Origin: Bacteroidetes bacterium GWE2_42_24
GTDB lineage: Bacteria; Bacteroidota; Bacteroidia; Bacteroidales; TTA-H9
Assembly: GCA_001768515.1 (NCBI GenBank)
Contig: MEOA01000020.1
Span: forward strand, 5,873 to 69,872
Length of the DNA stretch: 64,000 bases
Direction of reading: 5' to 3'
In this document: piece by piece, positions 38,574 through 47,905 of the stretch
How the letters are laid out: every line of letters begins with the position of its first letter
Position numbering within the stretch: the first letter of the stretch is position 1
The notes under the pieces: generated by a model
Databases searched by the model: none
Told to the model about the DNA's origin: nothing
The model's input: only the letters and a program-made list of their open reading frames with translations
Translations under genes and position numbers: made by a program

Positions 38574-39773
38574 ATGAAGATTTTTTTACGTATAAGGAAA
38601 TTGTTTAGTTCATCCGATGCCCTTACCCGGGGTAGCGGCATACTTTTCTTTTGTTTTGTTGTTGGAAGTATGTTGCTGGCCGGATGCGATACAGTGCGCA
38701 TCTTGTGGTGGAATAAGGCGGGAATCGACGATTATCGGAAATTTCCGGCAGGGAAGGTATATCCTTTGCCGGCTGAACATAACAGATTTGAATTCGTGAT
38801 GCCTGCTGATCGGCGACTACCGGATATAATTATTAATCAGCAAGGGTTCGACGTTCCACTGCATGAGCTTCTGGTGACAACAAAAACTGTAGCATGGCTC
38901 GCCATGAAGGATGATACCCTGCTGACAGAGTTTTATGAGGATGGCTTTGATCAGTCTTCCCTGCTCTCATCCTTCTCTGTTGCGAAATCTTTTGTGGGAT
39001 CACTTGTTGGAATAGCTGCCGGAAAAGGACAGATACGATCGGTTGATCAGCCGGTAACCGACTTTCTCCCTTATCTGAAAGACACCGCTTTTAAAAAGGT
39101 TACCTTACGCCATTTGTTGAATATGCGATCGGGAATTGATTTCGAGGAGGGGTATAGCTCGTTCTTCAGCCCAATGCCAAAACTATACTATGGCCGAAAT
39201 GTCCGTGAACAAGTGGGAAATCTGCAAATCGCGCTGCCACCTGATGTGAAATATCGGTATCAAAGCATGAATACTCAACTGCTTTCCATGGCTCTGGAAG
39301 CTGCCGTAGGAATGCCGATTAATCGTTACCTCCAGCAGATGATCTGGCAACCTTTGGGCATGGAGTCTGAAGCCCAATGGAGTAGCGCAAGCCGTTCTGA
39401 TACCACCATTAAGTCGTTTTGTTGTCTGAACGCTATAGGACGCGACTACCTTCGTTTTGGCAGGCTGTGGATGAATGGAGGGCTATGGGGCCAAAGCCGG
39501 ATTATTCCTGAATGGTACGTGAATGAAACCTACCAGGATACCCTGGATTCAAAGGACAGCCGAGGGTATGCTTATTCACACCACTGGCGCATCCTGCCCG
39601 ATGGTTCTCTATTCGCCAAAGGGGTTCTTGGTCAGTATATCTGGATTAATCCACATAAAAAAATTGTGATCGTACGGTTTGGAGAAACCGATGCTAACCT
39701 TGACTGGGTGAAGATATTTCGCCAGATGGAGGGTTACTACTTCTCAGCTTCTTCGTCGAAAAATCTTTTGTAA
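38574..39773 (+). CDS. Serine hydrolase (beta-lactamase/transpeptidase-like fold)
   Basis: 399 aa with an SxxK motif (SVAKSF) and the overall class-C-like pattern. Confidence 0.75.
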   Translation: MKIFLRIRKLFSSSDALTRGSGILFFCFVVGSMLLAGCDTVRILWWNKAGIDDYRKFPAGKVYPLPAEHNRFEFVMPADRRLPDIIINQQGFDVPLHELLVTTKTVAWLAMKDDTLLTEFYEDGFDQSSLLSSFSVAKSFVGSLVGIAAGKGQIRSVDQPVTDFLPYLKDTAFKKVTLRHLLNMRSGIDFEEGYSSFFSPMPKLYYGRNVREQVGNLQIALPPDVKYRYQSMNTQLLSMALEAAVGMPINRYLQQMIWQPLGMESEAQWSSASRSDTTIKSFCCLNAIGRDYLRFGRLWMNGGLWGQSRIIPEWYVNETYQDTLDSKDSRGYAYSHHWRILPDGSLFAKGVLGQYIWINPHKKIVIVRFGETDANLDWVKIFRQMEGYYFSASSSKNLL

Positions 39774-40228
39774 TCCGGGTAGTAAAGCCTGCGTCTGGCA
39801 ACCTCCTCAGAAAAGACGGCGTACGTGACCCTGGCTGTAGTACAGATCACCCCGTGCACATTGGTAATGGAAGCATCCACTATGACCTGGTTAAGCCGTT
39901 GTCCCTCAATTCTGGCGGTAATGGTGATGGGTGTATCCGTCATTTTTAATGGTTTCAAATATCGGGTGTCGAGCCGGGAAGTAACTCCCGCGGTTTTTAA
40001 TTTGACCATGATGACCCAGCTGGCTATTTCGTCAAGAAGCGTCGCTTGTATCCCTCCGTGAAGCGTGTTGGGAAAACCTTGAAATTCATCTCTTGGCGAC
40101 CAATGACATACAACAGCGTCACCTTCTTCTATGAAGTTCATTTGCAATCCAAGTGAATTTTTTGGAGAACATCCAAAACAACTATATCCGTCGAGCGTTG
40201 AATAAGGGTTCAATATTTTTTTCATCAC
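39737..40228 (-). CDS. PaaI-family hotdog thioesterase with an N-terminal CxxC knuckle
   Basis: 163 aa with CFGCSPKN and GFPNTLHGGIQATLLDE. Confidence 0.7.
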   Translation of the reverse strand: MMKKILNPYSTLDGYSCFGCSPKNSLGLQMNFIEEGDAVVCHWSPRDEFQGFPNTLHGGIQATLLDEIASWVIMVKLKTAGVTSRLDTRYLKPLKMTDTPITITARIEGQRLNQVIVDASITNVHGVICTTARVTYAVFSEEVARRRLYYPDYKRFFDEEAEK

Positions 40229-40323
40229 AGATGTTTACTACTTTTGGCAAAATTACAAATCCTTTCTTACATCTGCATAACTGAAGGTATTTCAACATCT
40301 TTATAATTCAAATCAGGATCTTT

Positions 40324-41055
40324 ATGAAACATCTTTTTCGCCCTCTGGTCGTCGCTTTTTTGGTCATCATTTCGCTTACAAGATGTGATAAGGTTGATGA
40401 TATAATATCCGGACTGACTGAACAGGATGTGGTTCAGGGACTCAAGTCGGCCCTCACTGTTGGAGCCGACACAGCCGTCGTTCAACTAAACAAGGTTAAT
40501 GGCTATTTCGGAAATCAAATCCTAAAGATTTTGCTTCCTGAGGAGGCTTCCGTCATTGTTGAGAACATCGCCCTGATTCCAGACGGAAGTGATTTGATAG
40601 ACGAATTGGTGCTGAGGATGAACAGGGCGGCAGAGGATGCTGCTGGCGGGGCTACACCTGTTTTTGTAAATGCCATTACCTCGATGTCGTTTTCTGATGC
40701 CTTTGGGATTTTAAACGGAGCTGATTCAGCCGCAACACATTATCTTAGAGAAAAGACCTATGGGGGGCTTTACGGTGTTTTCAAGCCTATTATTGGAGAA
40801 TCATTGTCAAAACCATTAATAGCCGGAATATCGGCAAATGATGCATGGGAGAACCTGACCACCCCTTATAATGAACTGGCAAATTCGTTGGCCGGACAAA
40901 TACTCAACCTGACGCCTGTGACAATTACCCTCGATGATCACGTGACACGTAAAGGTCTTAATGGCTTATTTATTAAAATTGCCGAAGAGGAGAAAGCTAT
41001 CCGGACAGATCCTCTGGCTCGCGTAAATGAGATACTGAAAAAGGTATTTGGCTGA
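40324..41055 (+). CDS. DUF4197-like lipoprotein
   Basis: 243 aa with a signal/lipobox (ISLTRCD). The motifs GLKSALTVGADTAV and ILKILLPEEA match my recollection of the DUF4197 pattern. Confidence 0.6.
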   Translation: MKHLFRPLVVAFLVIISLTRCDKVDDIISGLTEQDVVQGLKSALTVGADTAVVQLNKVNGYFGNQILKILLPEEASVIVENIALIPDGSDLIDELVLRMNRAAEDAAGGATPVFVNAITSMSFSDAFGILNGADSAATHYLREKTYGGLYGVFKPIIGESLSKPLIAGISANDAWENLTTPYNELANSLAGQILNLTPVTITLDDHVTRKGLNGLFIKIAEEEKAIRTDPLARVNEILKKVFG

Positions 41056-41604
41056 TCCTGATTATCTAAATTTAGGGGAAATTAGATTTCGGAAATTCGG
41101 ATTTTGAAAGTCAGCGCAAAAGAAAACAGCGCCCGTCACTGGTATGCTGTATTATCTGTGTTCTGATATCGTGTGTCAACATTCCATTTTAAATATTAAC
41201 CTTTACACCTTAGTATCCCTGATTTTCATTGGAGCTTACAGTTTTAAATTTTCCTTACAATTGATGTTGGCTGAATAAAGAAAAATCCCGATGCTCCGGC
41301 GACCTGTACGCTCCGGATTTTCTTTGCACTGTGTCCTCAGTCCGGTCAGCTAATCGCCCGTGGAATAGTATCTACGGGCGAAAATACTTCAGAAGCGAAA
41401 ATTGCACTGCTTAATTTGATCGTCCAGAAATTCAAACAGTGGCTTATATTGGCCGGTAAGTAACATTTTAACGAATCGAAATTTTTTTCATCCATCCCTG
41501 AATTTTACACAGGTTTGGTATGATATTGGCCTAACATAATGAAATATGAAAAGAACTTATGCCGCATTTCAGCCGAAAATCAAGCGAAGATCAACCTTAA
41601 CCGT

Positions 41605-41659
41605 ACGCTTCATCTGCGCTTCATCTACGCTTCATCTACGGTCCATCTACGGTCCATCT
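41605..41659 (+). repeat. Five tandem 11-nt units (acgcttcatct x3, acggtccatct x2)
   Basis: The units are directly visible and contiguous, with no spacers. They share the GCTTC core and 11-nt period with the arrays inside element A (6080-6110 and 63291-63334). Confidence 0.85.
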
Positions 41660-41890
41660 TAAAAAATGACACATTAATCAGCCTTACAAAAGCTGGAATG
41701 CACTACATCCGGATTTGTACTGTTCTCCGATTTAGATTGGGATTTAAGAGTCGGGCCTCAAGTAAACTTGCTATTATGATTCATTGCCAAAAAACCACTG
41801 ATAGCCATAGCCTCCGGAAAACTATCGGGAGCCAAAGCCAGAATAAGTGAAAGCAGATGTTGTTTTGTGTTCTGAAAGTCAGTTTTTTGC

Positions 41891-41950
41891 AAAATAAAAC
41901 TGCTGACTCGTTGTAGTGTATTATTAACCTACAACGGTTCAGCAGCTTTT
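41891..41950. terminator. Bidirectional terminator downstream of the HU gene
   Basis: A 17-bp stem ctgctgactcgttgtag / ctacaacggttcagcag (41900-41916 and 41929-41945) is flanked by an A-run on the left and ctttttg on the right. Confidence 0.75.
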
Positions 41951-41981
41951 TGTTAAAATGGGAAAATACCCAGACCTAATC

Positions 41982-42251
41982 TTAAAGGCCTTTACGAAGA
42001 TCAGCTCCTGGTTTGAATTTTACTACTTTACGGGCAGGAACTGAGATTTCCTTACCGGTCTGAGGATTCCTCCCCTTGCGGGCTGAACGTGTTACAACGT
42101 TGAATGAGCCAAAACCTACCAGAGAAATGGGTTCACCGGCTGCCAAAGCTTTTTTCATGGCTCCAACCATAACATTGATGACATCCTTTGCGTCATTCTG
42201 GGTCAATTCAGTGGCTAAAGCCACATCTTTCATGAGATCTGATTTGTTCAT
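41982..42251 (-). CDS. HU-family DNA-binding protein
   Basis: 89 aa: MNKSDLMKDVA...GFGSF...RKGRNPQTGKEI..PARKVVKFKPG. Confidence 0.9.
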   Translation of the reverse strand: MNKSDLMKDVALATELTQNDAKDVINVMVGAMKKALAAGEPISLVGFGSFNVVTRSARKGRNPQTGKEISVPARKVVKFKPGADLRKGL

Positions 42252-42519
42252 AACTGCAATCTAATTTGGTTTGGGTTAGTATTAAGTTAATTATCGGTTG
42301 ATATATACACTTGGATTGATATCCAAAAGTAATACCGACTTCAAATATCAACATTTTTATGATTCAGATACGACTCATGAATAAAAAAAATGAAACTTTT
42401 AACATTCAGGATGGCTTTTGTTCGAAATAAATAAATGGGCTGATGATCAAGTATGTATCGTATAACACTGAGAAACAAAGACGTATAGAATAGCAGAAAG
42501 TAATATCATCCAATTTCAA

Positions 42520-42527
42520 TACCTTTG
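42520..42527 (+). promoter_or_regulatory. Bacteroidota -7 box (TAccTTTG) abutting the mtaB start
   Basis: The tacctttg box ends 4 nt before the ATG at 42532. This implies a leaderless or near-leaderless transcript. Confidence 0.5.
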
Positions 42528-42531
42528 CATC

Positions 42532-43851
42532 ATGAAAGAAAAAACCGTTGCTTTTCATACGCTCGGCTGTAAGCTTAACTTCGCGGAAACAGGTACCATT
42601 GCCCGCGACTTCATAGAACGGGGCTACAAAATTGTCGACTTCTCAGCGTTAGCCGATGTGTATGTTGTTCATACATGTACGGTTACCTCTGTTGCGGAGA
42701 AGAAGTGCCGGACTGCTATCTCCCAGGCTGTCCGCAGGAATCCGGACGCTCAGGTAGCAGTCATCGGGTGTTACGCCCAGCTACGGGCCACCGATATTCA
42801 GAGAATTGAAGGAGTTAAAGTTGTTTTGGATAATCAGGAGAAATACCGTTTGGCTGAGATTATCGACAGCAATACGGAAATCATTACTACCTACCTGCCA
42901 TGCCATCACCCTGAAGCAGAGACCTCCGGAATTTCATCACCTGACAGTTTTCATCTTTCGTGGTCGGGTGATGATCGTACCAGGACATTTCTTAAGATTC
43001 AGGACGGATGCAATCACTTCTGTTCTTATTGTGCCATTCCTTTTGCCAGAGGAAGAAGCCGCAGTGCTGCAGCTTCAGAGATAGTGGAAACCATCGGAGC
43101 GATTTTCTCCGGAGGGATGAAAGAAATTGTGTTAACCGGTGTAAATATTGGGGATTTTGGGAAGCCTATGGGCGAATCACTCTATGATTTATTGTATCTT
43201 ATCGAAAAGCAAGGTTTTATCGGGCGGATCAGGATATCTTCCATCGAACCAGAGTTACTGACCGACGACATCATCGACCTTGTTGCAACTTCCCGCGTCT
43301 TCCTGCCACATTTCCATCTTCCTCTTCAGTCGGGAAGCGATGACGTCTTGAAAGCAATGCGCCGAAAATATGATACAACACTGTTTGCCGGCAGGGTAGA
43401 GGCCATAAGACGCCGTATGCCTGCTGCCTGCATTGCTGCCGATGTAATCGTTGGATTCCCGGGTGAAACAGATGAGCACTTTGCTTCTGCGTATCGCTTC
43501 ATTGAGTCGTTATCGATATCATACCTGCATGTATTCAGCTACAGCGAACGTCCGGGAACCTCGGCTATAAATATTGAAGGAAAAGTATCGCCCGCCATCA
43601 AACAGCATCGCAGTAAGGAACTGCATTTATTATCGGAAAACAGGCTTGAGTCTTTTTACAACGACAATATAGGGCGGCAGGAAGAGGTTCTGTTTGAGTC
43701 GGCTAACCAGAAAGGGTATATGGAGGGGTTTACCCGTAACTACCTTCGGGTAAAGACCATATTTAATGAAGCATTTATTAATCATGTGGTTAAAGTAGAC
43801 CTCAATGCCCGCCATCAGGATGGGGCTTTTCTGTTTAATACACAATTATGA
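42532..43851 (+). CDS. mtaB: MiaB/RimO-family radical-SAM methylthiotransferase, most like MtaB
   Basis: N-terminal MTTase domain (HTLGCKLN) and radical-SAM cluster CNHFCSYCAIP. At 439 aa its length fits MtaB. Confidence 0.75.
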   Translation: MKEKTVAFHTLGCKLNFAETGTIARDFIERGYKIVDFSALADVYVVHTCTVTSVAEKKCRTAISQAVRRNPDAQVAVIGCYAQLRATDIQRIEGVKVVLDNQEKYRLAEIIDSNTEIITTYLPCHHPEAETSGISSPDSFHLSWSGDDRTRTFLKIQDGCNHFCSYCAIPFARGRSRSAAASEIVETIGAIFSGGMKEIVLTGVNIGDFGKPMGESLYDLLYLIEKQGFIGRIRISSIEPELLTDDIIDLVATSRVFLPHFHLPLQSGSDDVLKAMRRKYDTTLFAGRVEAIRRRMPAACIAADVIVGFPGETDEHFASAYRFIESLSISYLHVFSYSERPGTSAINIEGKVSPAIKQHRSKELHLLSENRLESFYNDNIGRQEEVLFESANQKGYMEGFTRNYLRVKTIFNEAFINHVVKVDLNARHQDGAFLFNTQL

Positions 43852-43861
43852 ACTTTTTACC

Positions 43862-44671
43862 ATGAACCTTCAGGAAATTACATTTCAGGCGGAAACAGCG
43901 GCAAGAGCTGCCGGTGATTTTATTCTTTTGCATATAAATAAATTAAAAACCAATCAGATAGAAGTTAAAGGAGAGCACAACTATGTTACTTTTGTCGATA
44001 AAGGTGCCGAGGAAATCATCGTCAAAATGCTACAAATGGTTGTCCCTGAAGCTACATTTCTAACAGAAGAGGAAACTGTAAAGTCAGAAGTTGGAGAATG
44101 GCAATGGATCATTGACCCATTGGATGGAACCACCAATTTCATTCACGGTATACCGCTCTTCTCGGTAAGTATAGCCCTTGCTCATCATGGCATACCCGTT
44201 GCTGGCGTGGTTTATGAGATCAATAGCCGGGAGTGTTTTAGCGCCTGGAAGGGTGGCCACGCCCTGCTGAATGGGAACCCGATTCATGTGTCAGAATGCG
44301 ATGACATGAATGAGTCGTTGCTGGCAACCGGTTTTCCCTATTATGACTACGATCTGCTGAGCGAATACCTCGGTTTGTTCGGATCATTCATGAAGCATAC
44401 AAGGGGCTTACGGAGGTTCGGATCGGCTGCTGTCGATCTTGCCTGGGTAGCCTGTGGCCGTGTTGACGGGTTTTATGAATATGGACTCAATCCATGGGAT
44501 GTAGCCGCGGGAGCATTGATTGTTGAGCAGGCCGGCGGCCAGGTGACAGATTTTAAAGGGGGCAATGATTTTCTGGCTGGCAAACGGATCGTCGCTTCCA
44601 ATAGTTCTCTTCACGCAGCCTATTTAAAAACCATCGCGCAATATTTTCCGCTTGATAATGAAAAGTGCTAA
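43862..44671 (+). CDS. Inositol monophosphatase family protein (SuhB-like)
   Basis: Motifs EEE, WIIDPLDGTTNF and WDVAAG. The ATG at 43862 (MNLQEITFQ) is preferred over the upstream extension. Confidence 0.85.
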   Translation: MNLQEITFQAETAARAAGDFILLHINKLKTNQIEVKGEHNYVTFVDKGAEEIIVKMLQMVVPEATFLTEEETVKSEVGEWQWIIDPLDGTTNFIHGIPLFSVSIALAHHGIPVAGVVYEINSRECFSAWKGGHALLNGNPIHVSECDDMNESLLATGFPYYDYDLLSEYLGLFGSFMKHTRGLRRFGSAAVDLAWVACGRVDGFYEYGLNPWDVAAGALIVEQAGGQVTDFKGGNDFLAGKRIVASNSSLHAAYLKTIAQYFPLDNEKC

Positions 44672-44693
44672 TTTAGCCAACAAAAGAACTATC

Positions 44694-46079
44694 ATGAAAA
44701 CAGCTCGTGCCTTCCTGTCTCTGATCCTTACAATAGTTTTAATGGCTCAGACGATAAGTTTGACTGCCGGCGATACCATCGTTCAACAAAAAGAAAAGCC
44801 GGGAAATAAGCTGGTTTTTAAGATGGAAATCAGGGAAGAGATTGCACCTCCAATATGGCGTAAGGTACAGAAAGGGATAAAGAATGCCAAAGAGCAAAAT
44901 GCCGACATCATCCTGATTCATATGAATACTTATGGAGGAGAGGTGGGGATTGCTGATTCCATCAGGACCGCCATTCTTCAATGCCCTATTCCTGTTTGGG
45001 TGTTTATTGACAACAATGCTGCCTCTGCGGGTGCGCTGATCAGTATTGCATGCGATTCTATCTACATGAGAAAGGGTGCCAACATTGGTGCTGCAACTGT
45101 AGTTAACCAGACGGGGCAGGCCATGCCCGATAAATATCAGTCATATATGCGTGCCACTATGCGTTCAACCGCTGAAGCGCAAGGACGTGATCCTCAGATA
45201 GCACAGGCTATGGTCGACCCCCGGATTGTGATTCCGGGCCTGATTGACTCTACCATGGTATTGACTTTCACCGCTTTGGAAGCAGTAAAACACGGCTATT
45301 GTGAAGGGCTGGCTGAAAACATCCCCGAAGTAATGGCTGATGCCGGCATAGTAAGTTACACCCTGGTAGAACAGAAATTAACTGCTGTCGATCATTTTAT
45401 CAGTTTTCTTATTAGCCCGATCATTAGCGGCCTCTTGATTATGCTTATTATTGGAGGAATCTACTTCGAATTGCAGTCGCCTGGTTTGGGTTTCCCATCT
45501 GTTATCGCCATTGCAGGGGCGCTGTTGTATTTTGCCCCCTTGTATTTGGAAGGGATGGCTGCCAATTGGGAGATTATTATCTTTATCATCGGGGTGATTC
45601 TGGTGGCCGTCGAGATTTTTGCTATTCCGGGATTCGGGGTGGCGGGGATCACCGGAATAATATTAATTGTAGGCGGGTTGGCGCTCAGTATGGTTGACAA
45701 CATAGGGTTTGGATTCGATGATGCTTCACTGAGAAAGCTCATGGAGGCTGTTTTAATTGTCATTACGGCGACGTTCCTGTCTATTGTCGCTTCATTCTGG
45801 CTCACGAAGAAACTGTTCGGCAGCAGAACCTTTTTCGGACAACTGGCTCTTGATACAACAATGGATAAGGCTGAAGGGTTTTCATCGGTCGATAGCCATC
45901 AACAGACTATGTTGGGGGCCACGGGGATTGCAGCCAGCATACTCCGGCCAGCCGGCAAAATAGACCTTGATGGCGAGATATGTGATGCTGTAGCCGAAAC
46001 AGGTTATATTGACAAGGGGACACCTGTGGTGGTGATAGGAATGAGCAATACACAACTTGTAGTTAAAATCAAAGATTAA
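44694..46079 (+). CDS. NfeD-family membrane-bound ClpP-class serine protease
   Basis: Signal/TM segment, protease-like N-domain (IILIHMNTYGG...AASAGALISIACD), a multi-TM core and a C-terminal OB-like NfeD domain. The start is taken at MKTARAF. Confidence 0.8.
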   Translation: MKTARAFLSLILTIVLMAQTISLTAGDTIVQQKEKPGNKLVFKMEIREEIAPPIWRKVQKGIKNAKEQNADIILIHMNTYGGEVGIADSIRTAILQCPIPVWVFIDNNAASAGALISIACDSIYMRKGANIGAATVVNQTGQAMPDKYQSYMRATMRSTAEAQGRDPQIAQAMVDPRIVIPGLIDSTMVLTFTALEAVKHGYCEGLAENIPEVMADAGIVSYTLVEQKLTAVDHFISFLISPIISGLLIMLIIGGIYFELQSPGLGFPSVIAIAGALLYFAPLYLEGMAANWEIIIFIIGVILVAVEIFAIPGFGVAGITGIILIVGGLALSMVDNIGFGFDDASLRKLMEAVLIVITATFLSIVASFWLTKKLFGSRTFFGQLALDTTMDKAEGFSSVDSHQQTMLGATGIAASILRPAGKIDLDGEICDAVAETGYIDKGTPVVVIGMSNTQLVVKIKD

Positions 46080-46084
46080 CCGAC

Positions 46085-46597
46085 ATGTTCGACCGGATTG
46101 AGATAATCAGAGGGGATATCACCCAGATAAAGGTAGATGCCATTGTAAATGCCGCCAATACATCTCTCCTTGGCGGAGGTGGTGTTGATGGCGCCATCCA
46201 CAGGGTGGCGGGTAAAGAATTATACGAAGAATGTAAGGGGCTGAAAGGATGCCCGACCGGAAGCGCCAGGCTAACAAAAGGGTACCTGTTACCGGCTCCT
46301 TTTGTGATTCATGCCGTAGGTCCGGTGTGGCGTGGAGGTACTTCCAACGAGAAGGCTCTGCTTGCCAGTGCATATCAGTCGGTTTTAAACATTGCAGTTG
46401 AACACAAGTTGGCTTCTCTCTCTTTTCCCAATATCAGTACAGGGGTTTATGGCTTTCCCAAACAGGAGGCCGCAGGGATAGCAGTGATTACCGTTATCAA
46501 TCATCTTGATAATCATCAATGGCCACAGAAGGTGGTCTTTGTCTGTTATGATGAGGCTAACTACCTTATATATCAGGAGATGCTTTCGGGATTATAA
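46085..46597 (+). CDS. Macro-domain protein (O-acetyl-ADP-ribose deacetylase, YmdB-like)
   Basis: 170 aa with GDITQIKVDAIVNAAN, LLGGGGVDGAIH and ISTGVYGFP. Confidence 0.85.
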   Translation: MFDRIEIIRGDITQIKVDAIVNAANTSLLGGGGVDGAIHRVAGKELYEECKGLKGCPTGSARLTKGYLLPAPFVIHAVGPVWRGGTSNEKALLASAYQSVLNIAVEHKLASLSFPNISTGVYGFPKQEAAGIAVITVINHLDNHQWPQKVVFVCYDEANYLIYQEMLSGL

Positions 46598-47902
46598 TCC
46601 GAACTCCTTGGCTTTTTTGGATGATTTGGCAGGATTCCAGGCGTCGTTATAAGATGAGTACCAGAATATCTCCTTCACATAGGCCATGGAACGGATAATA
46701 CGCATGTAATATCCATTGTAAACCATCATCAGCGGGATATAGTACAGTAACCGCATCTCCTGTCTGCGCCGTTCAGACAGGGACAGAACGACAAAAAACT
46801 GGATATAGGAGGAGACAGAGTATATAATTAGCTTTAATGGAATAATAAACAGTAGAAATTCAAGATTATTTACAATCAGATCGACGAAATAGTAGAACCA
46901 GAGAACGTCGAGAATCAGGTTGTAGAATATATTATCAAAGAGTGCAAAGAAGTTAGAGAAGGTAAAAGCCTGCGACGGCATGAAAATATCATTGTGCTTT
47001 CTGAAACGGAAACGAATAAGCGATTTGCTCCACCTTAATCTTTGGTTCGAGAGTTTATTTAAGGTCACAGGAACCTGAGTTAGCCCGACTGCCCTGTGTT
47101 CGAAGGCTACCTTAAAACCCAGCTTTCTGATTTTAACAGTAATATCGCCATCCAGACCCGGGCCAATATCCCAACCGCCGAGCCGATCGAGAAGATCACG
47201 GCGGAATGCCCCGAAAGCGCCCGAAACAATCTTGTAGATTCCAAGGTAAGCAGTAACCATCCGGCCTACGCTTATCGTTTGCAGGTATTCGATGGCCTGC
47301 AGGCTTGAGAGGATGGAATCCTTTGAGTTTCTTACTTTGATGTTTCCGCCGACAGCTCCTACCCGTGAATCAAGGTAAAAGGGAATGATAATACTCTCGA
47401 TGGCATCTCTGTCGAACGATGTGTCGGCGTCAACGTGAACAATATATTTTCCGGTGGCATAACGTAGCGCAAGGTTTGCCGCACTTGCTTTTCCTCCGCG
47501 TTCTTCATTACGCAAATAGATATCGATCAGACCGTTCTGCTTCAGGTTGCGACAGATTGTGTAGGTGTCGTCAGTAGATCCGTCATCGACAATGATAAAT
47601 TCAATGTTTGAATAGGTCTGTTCCCTGAAGCCTGTTACAAGCGCAAAGATGTGCTCTCCCTCATTCTTTCCCGGGACAATAATACTGATCAGCGGATTTT
47701 CAGCAAAGAAGGCATTGCGTGCAGCTTCATATTTTAGTTTGCGCTTTTTGGAAGGCCAAACGATTACGGCCAAAACAATCAGATCCATGAGTATAAACCT
47801 GGGAGCCTCCAGGTAAAAGAAGTACCAGAAAAGATTTATTATACGCTCAAAACCTTCGTGCTGAATGTAGTAAAAGAAGTCTTCCCAGAAGCCAAATAGC
47901 AT
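46592..47902 (-). CDS. Processive family-2 glycosyltransferase (PgaC/NodC/cellulose-synthase-like polysaccharide synthase)
   Basis: 436 aa with N- and C-terminal TM segments. Motifs are IIVDDGSTDDT, HVDADT, GLDGDIT (equivalent of the TED position) and QRLRWSKS (QxxRW). It is the last gene of the four-gene operon. Confidence 0.85.
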   Translation of the reverse strand: MLFGFWEDFFYYIQHEGFERIINLFWYFFYLEAPRFILMDLIVLAVIVWPSKKRKLKYEAARNAFFAENPLISIIVPGKNEGEHIFALVTGFREQTYSNIEFIIVDDGSTDDTYTICRNLKQNGLIDIYLRNEERGGKASAANLALRYATGKYIVHVDADTSFDRDAIESIIIPFYLDSRVGAVGGNIKVRNSKDSILSSLQAIEYLQTISVGRMVTAYLGIYKIVSGAFGAFRRDLLDRLGGWDIGPGLDGDITVKIRKLGFKVAFEHRAVGLTQVPVTLNKLSNQRLRWSKSLIRFRFRKHNDIFMPSQAFTFSNFFALFDNIFYNLILDVLWFYYFVDLIVNNLEFLLFIIPLKLIIYSVSSYIQFFVVLSLSERRRQEMRLLYYIPLMMVYNGYYMRIIRSMAYVKEIFWYSSYNDAWNPAKSSKKAKEFGL

Positions 47903-47905
47903 AAG

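Noticed and set aside
41605-41659. The tandem repeats might be a CRISPR array.
   Set aside because: The units are 11 nt long and contiguous with no spacers. No cas genes occur in the window.
41539-41850. A 103-aa ORF (LHLRFIYASSTVHLRSI...).
   Set aside because: Its repetitive peptide is simply the translation of the 11-nt tandem array. It has no family resemblance and an implausible composition.
46592-46597. The 6-nt convergent overlap of the macro-domain gene and the GT2 synthase gene might be a regulatory feature.
   Set aside because: Short convergent overlaps are common in compact genomes. No structure or motif is visible there.
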